DNA of 41,265 bases from a virus. Shown one piece after another: positions 40,803-41,265 of this stretch; the first letter of the stretch is position 1; each line of letters opens with the position of its first letter. Where the stretch lies: IMG/VR virus record IMGVR_UViG_3300045988_152616, positions 1-41,265 of that record; one strand, 5' to 3'. Below the pieces are notes generated by a model. That model saw only the letters and a program-made list of their open reading frames with translations. It had not been told where the DNA came from and did no database searches. Position numbers and translations under genes: made by a program.

Positions 40803-41265
40803 TCAATGCCTCACGGCTTCCCCCCTGGTTATGTAATGATGGATCCCAGGTGCGCACTCGTTCCAGCGATTTTCGTCAAAATTTTGCACCTCTACGGTCT
40901 CGCCGACGCGATAGACGAAACTGCTATCATAGTCGCTGCAAACCTCATTCCCGGCTGGTGTCCCATCCAATTCTGTAATGCTAACCACAACGGCTTTATT
41001 GGCCCGGCATTTTCTACTGGTAGAAGAGGATCTTTTTGCATCAGTCGGTATTTTAAGCTTGACAATTTTCCCATCGGCTTTCTTGAATCCTATGTACTCC
41101 CCTACTTCGGGGCAGGAGAATGGATAGAATAGATTTTTAGCCGAATCTATGTATTTTGCCCAGCTCATGACGGCCCCTCTCATGTCGGCCCCGCTCATGT
41201 CGGCCCCGCTCATGTCGGCCCCGCTCATGTCGGCCCCTCTCATGTCGGCCCCTCTCATGTCGGCC
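40803..41265 (-). CDS. Pentapeptide-repeat protein, repeat plus C-terminal domain part (continues from nt 174..1)
   Basis: (ADM[RS]G)n, then a C-terminal domain ending [22 protein letters not shown]. This resembles the DUF5758-type domain I recall fused to phage pentapeptide proteins. Confidence 0.8.
   Translation of the reverse strand, partial: ADMRGADMRGADMSGADMSGADMSGADMRGAVMSWAKYIDSAKNLFYPFSCPEVGEYIGFKKADGKIVKLKIPTDAKRSSSTSRKCRANKAVVVSITELDGTPAGNEVCSDYDSSFVYRVGETVEVQNFDENRWNECAPGIHHYITRGEAVRH
41166..41265. repeat. Tandem 15-nt coding repeat (6 units plus 10 nt; CTCT/CGCT variants)
   Basis: Read directly. Same unit and phase as nt 1-100. Confidence 0.95.

Larger units (their letters stand above)
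1..41265. mobile_element. Complete temperate siphovirus-type phage/prophage genome (circular or circularly permuted)
   Basis: Full set of lysogeny, replication, packaging, head, tail and lysis modules. The terminal 40 nt are identical at both window ends, inside one gene. Confidence 0.85.

Overview
The window looks like a complete ~41.2-kb temperate siphovirus (phage or prophage) genome from a Gram-positive, probably anaerobic, Clostridia-like host. The host call rests on GGAGG-type ribosome binding sites, moderately high G+C and an NrdD-type accessory gene, and is inference only. The two window ends overlap: nt 1-40 equal nt 41226-41265, inside a 15-nt tandem repeat that encodes a pentapeptide-repeat protein. 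The sequence is therefore circular or circularly permuted, and one gene is split across the window edge.

Nearly all genes lie on the minus strand as one long, translationally coupled series with many ATGA/GTGA stop-start overlaps. In transcription order:
- 9515 down to 1: Cro-like repressor, then small early genes including a DUF2829/Tad2-like protein, then a recombination and replication module. That module holds a PD-(D/E)XK exonuclease, SSB, a CHC2 zinc-finger protein, a DUF927 helicase, an iteron-rich putative origin, an SF2 helicase and a VRR-NUC nuclease. It ends with dCTP deaminase and a MazG-like gene.
- Wrapping to 41265 and down to 35644: the pentapeptide protein, an HExxH protein, small zinc-ribbon proteins, a NUMOD4-type homing-endonuclease-like gene, tRNA-Met(CAU), two small paralogues and an HNH endonuclease.
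- 35528 down to 15018: packaging, head, tail and lysis genes, ending with a tiny NrdD-type glycyl-radical-domain ORF.
- 14853 down to 13597: a separate 5-gene cassette with its own promoter, operator and terminator.

The plus strand carries the lysogeny module: a cI/LexA-like repressor, an Ltp-like lipoprotein, a second lipoprotein and a tyrosine integrase. This is followed by an attP-like region containing the 3-prime 45 nt of a tRNA-Pro(GGG)-like gene.

No CRISPR array, rRNA or recognisable large defence enzyme is present. The most unusual items are:
- the stand-alone NrdD-like glycyl radical mini-protein;
- the autonomous unknown-function cassette between lysis and attP;
- the VNTR-encoded pentapeptide protein;
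- the Tad2-like early gene;
- a poly-G-interrupted paralogue;
- the tRNA / homing-endonuclease cluster.

All family assignments come from reading motifs by eye. No searches were run.
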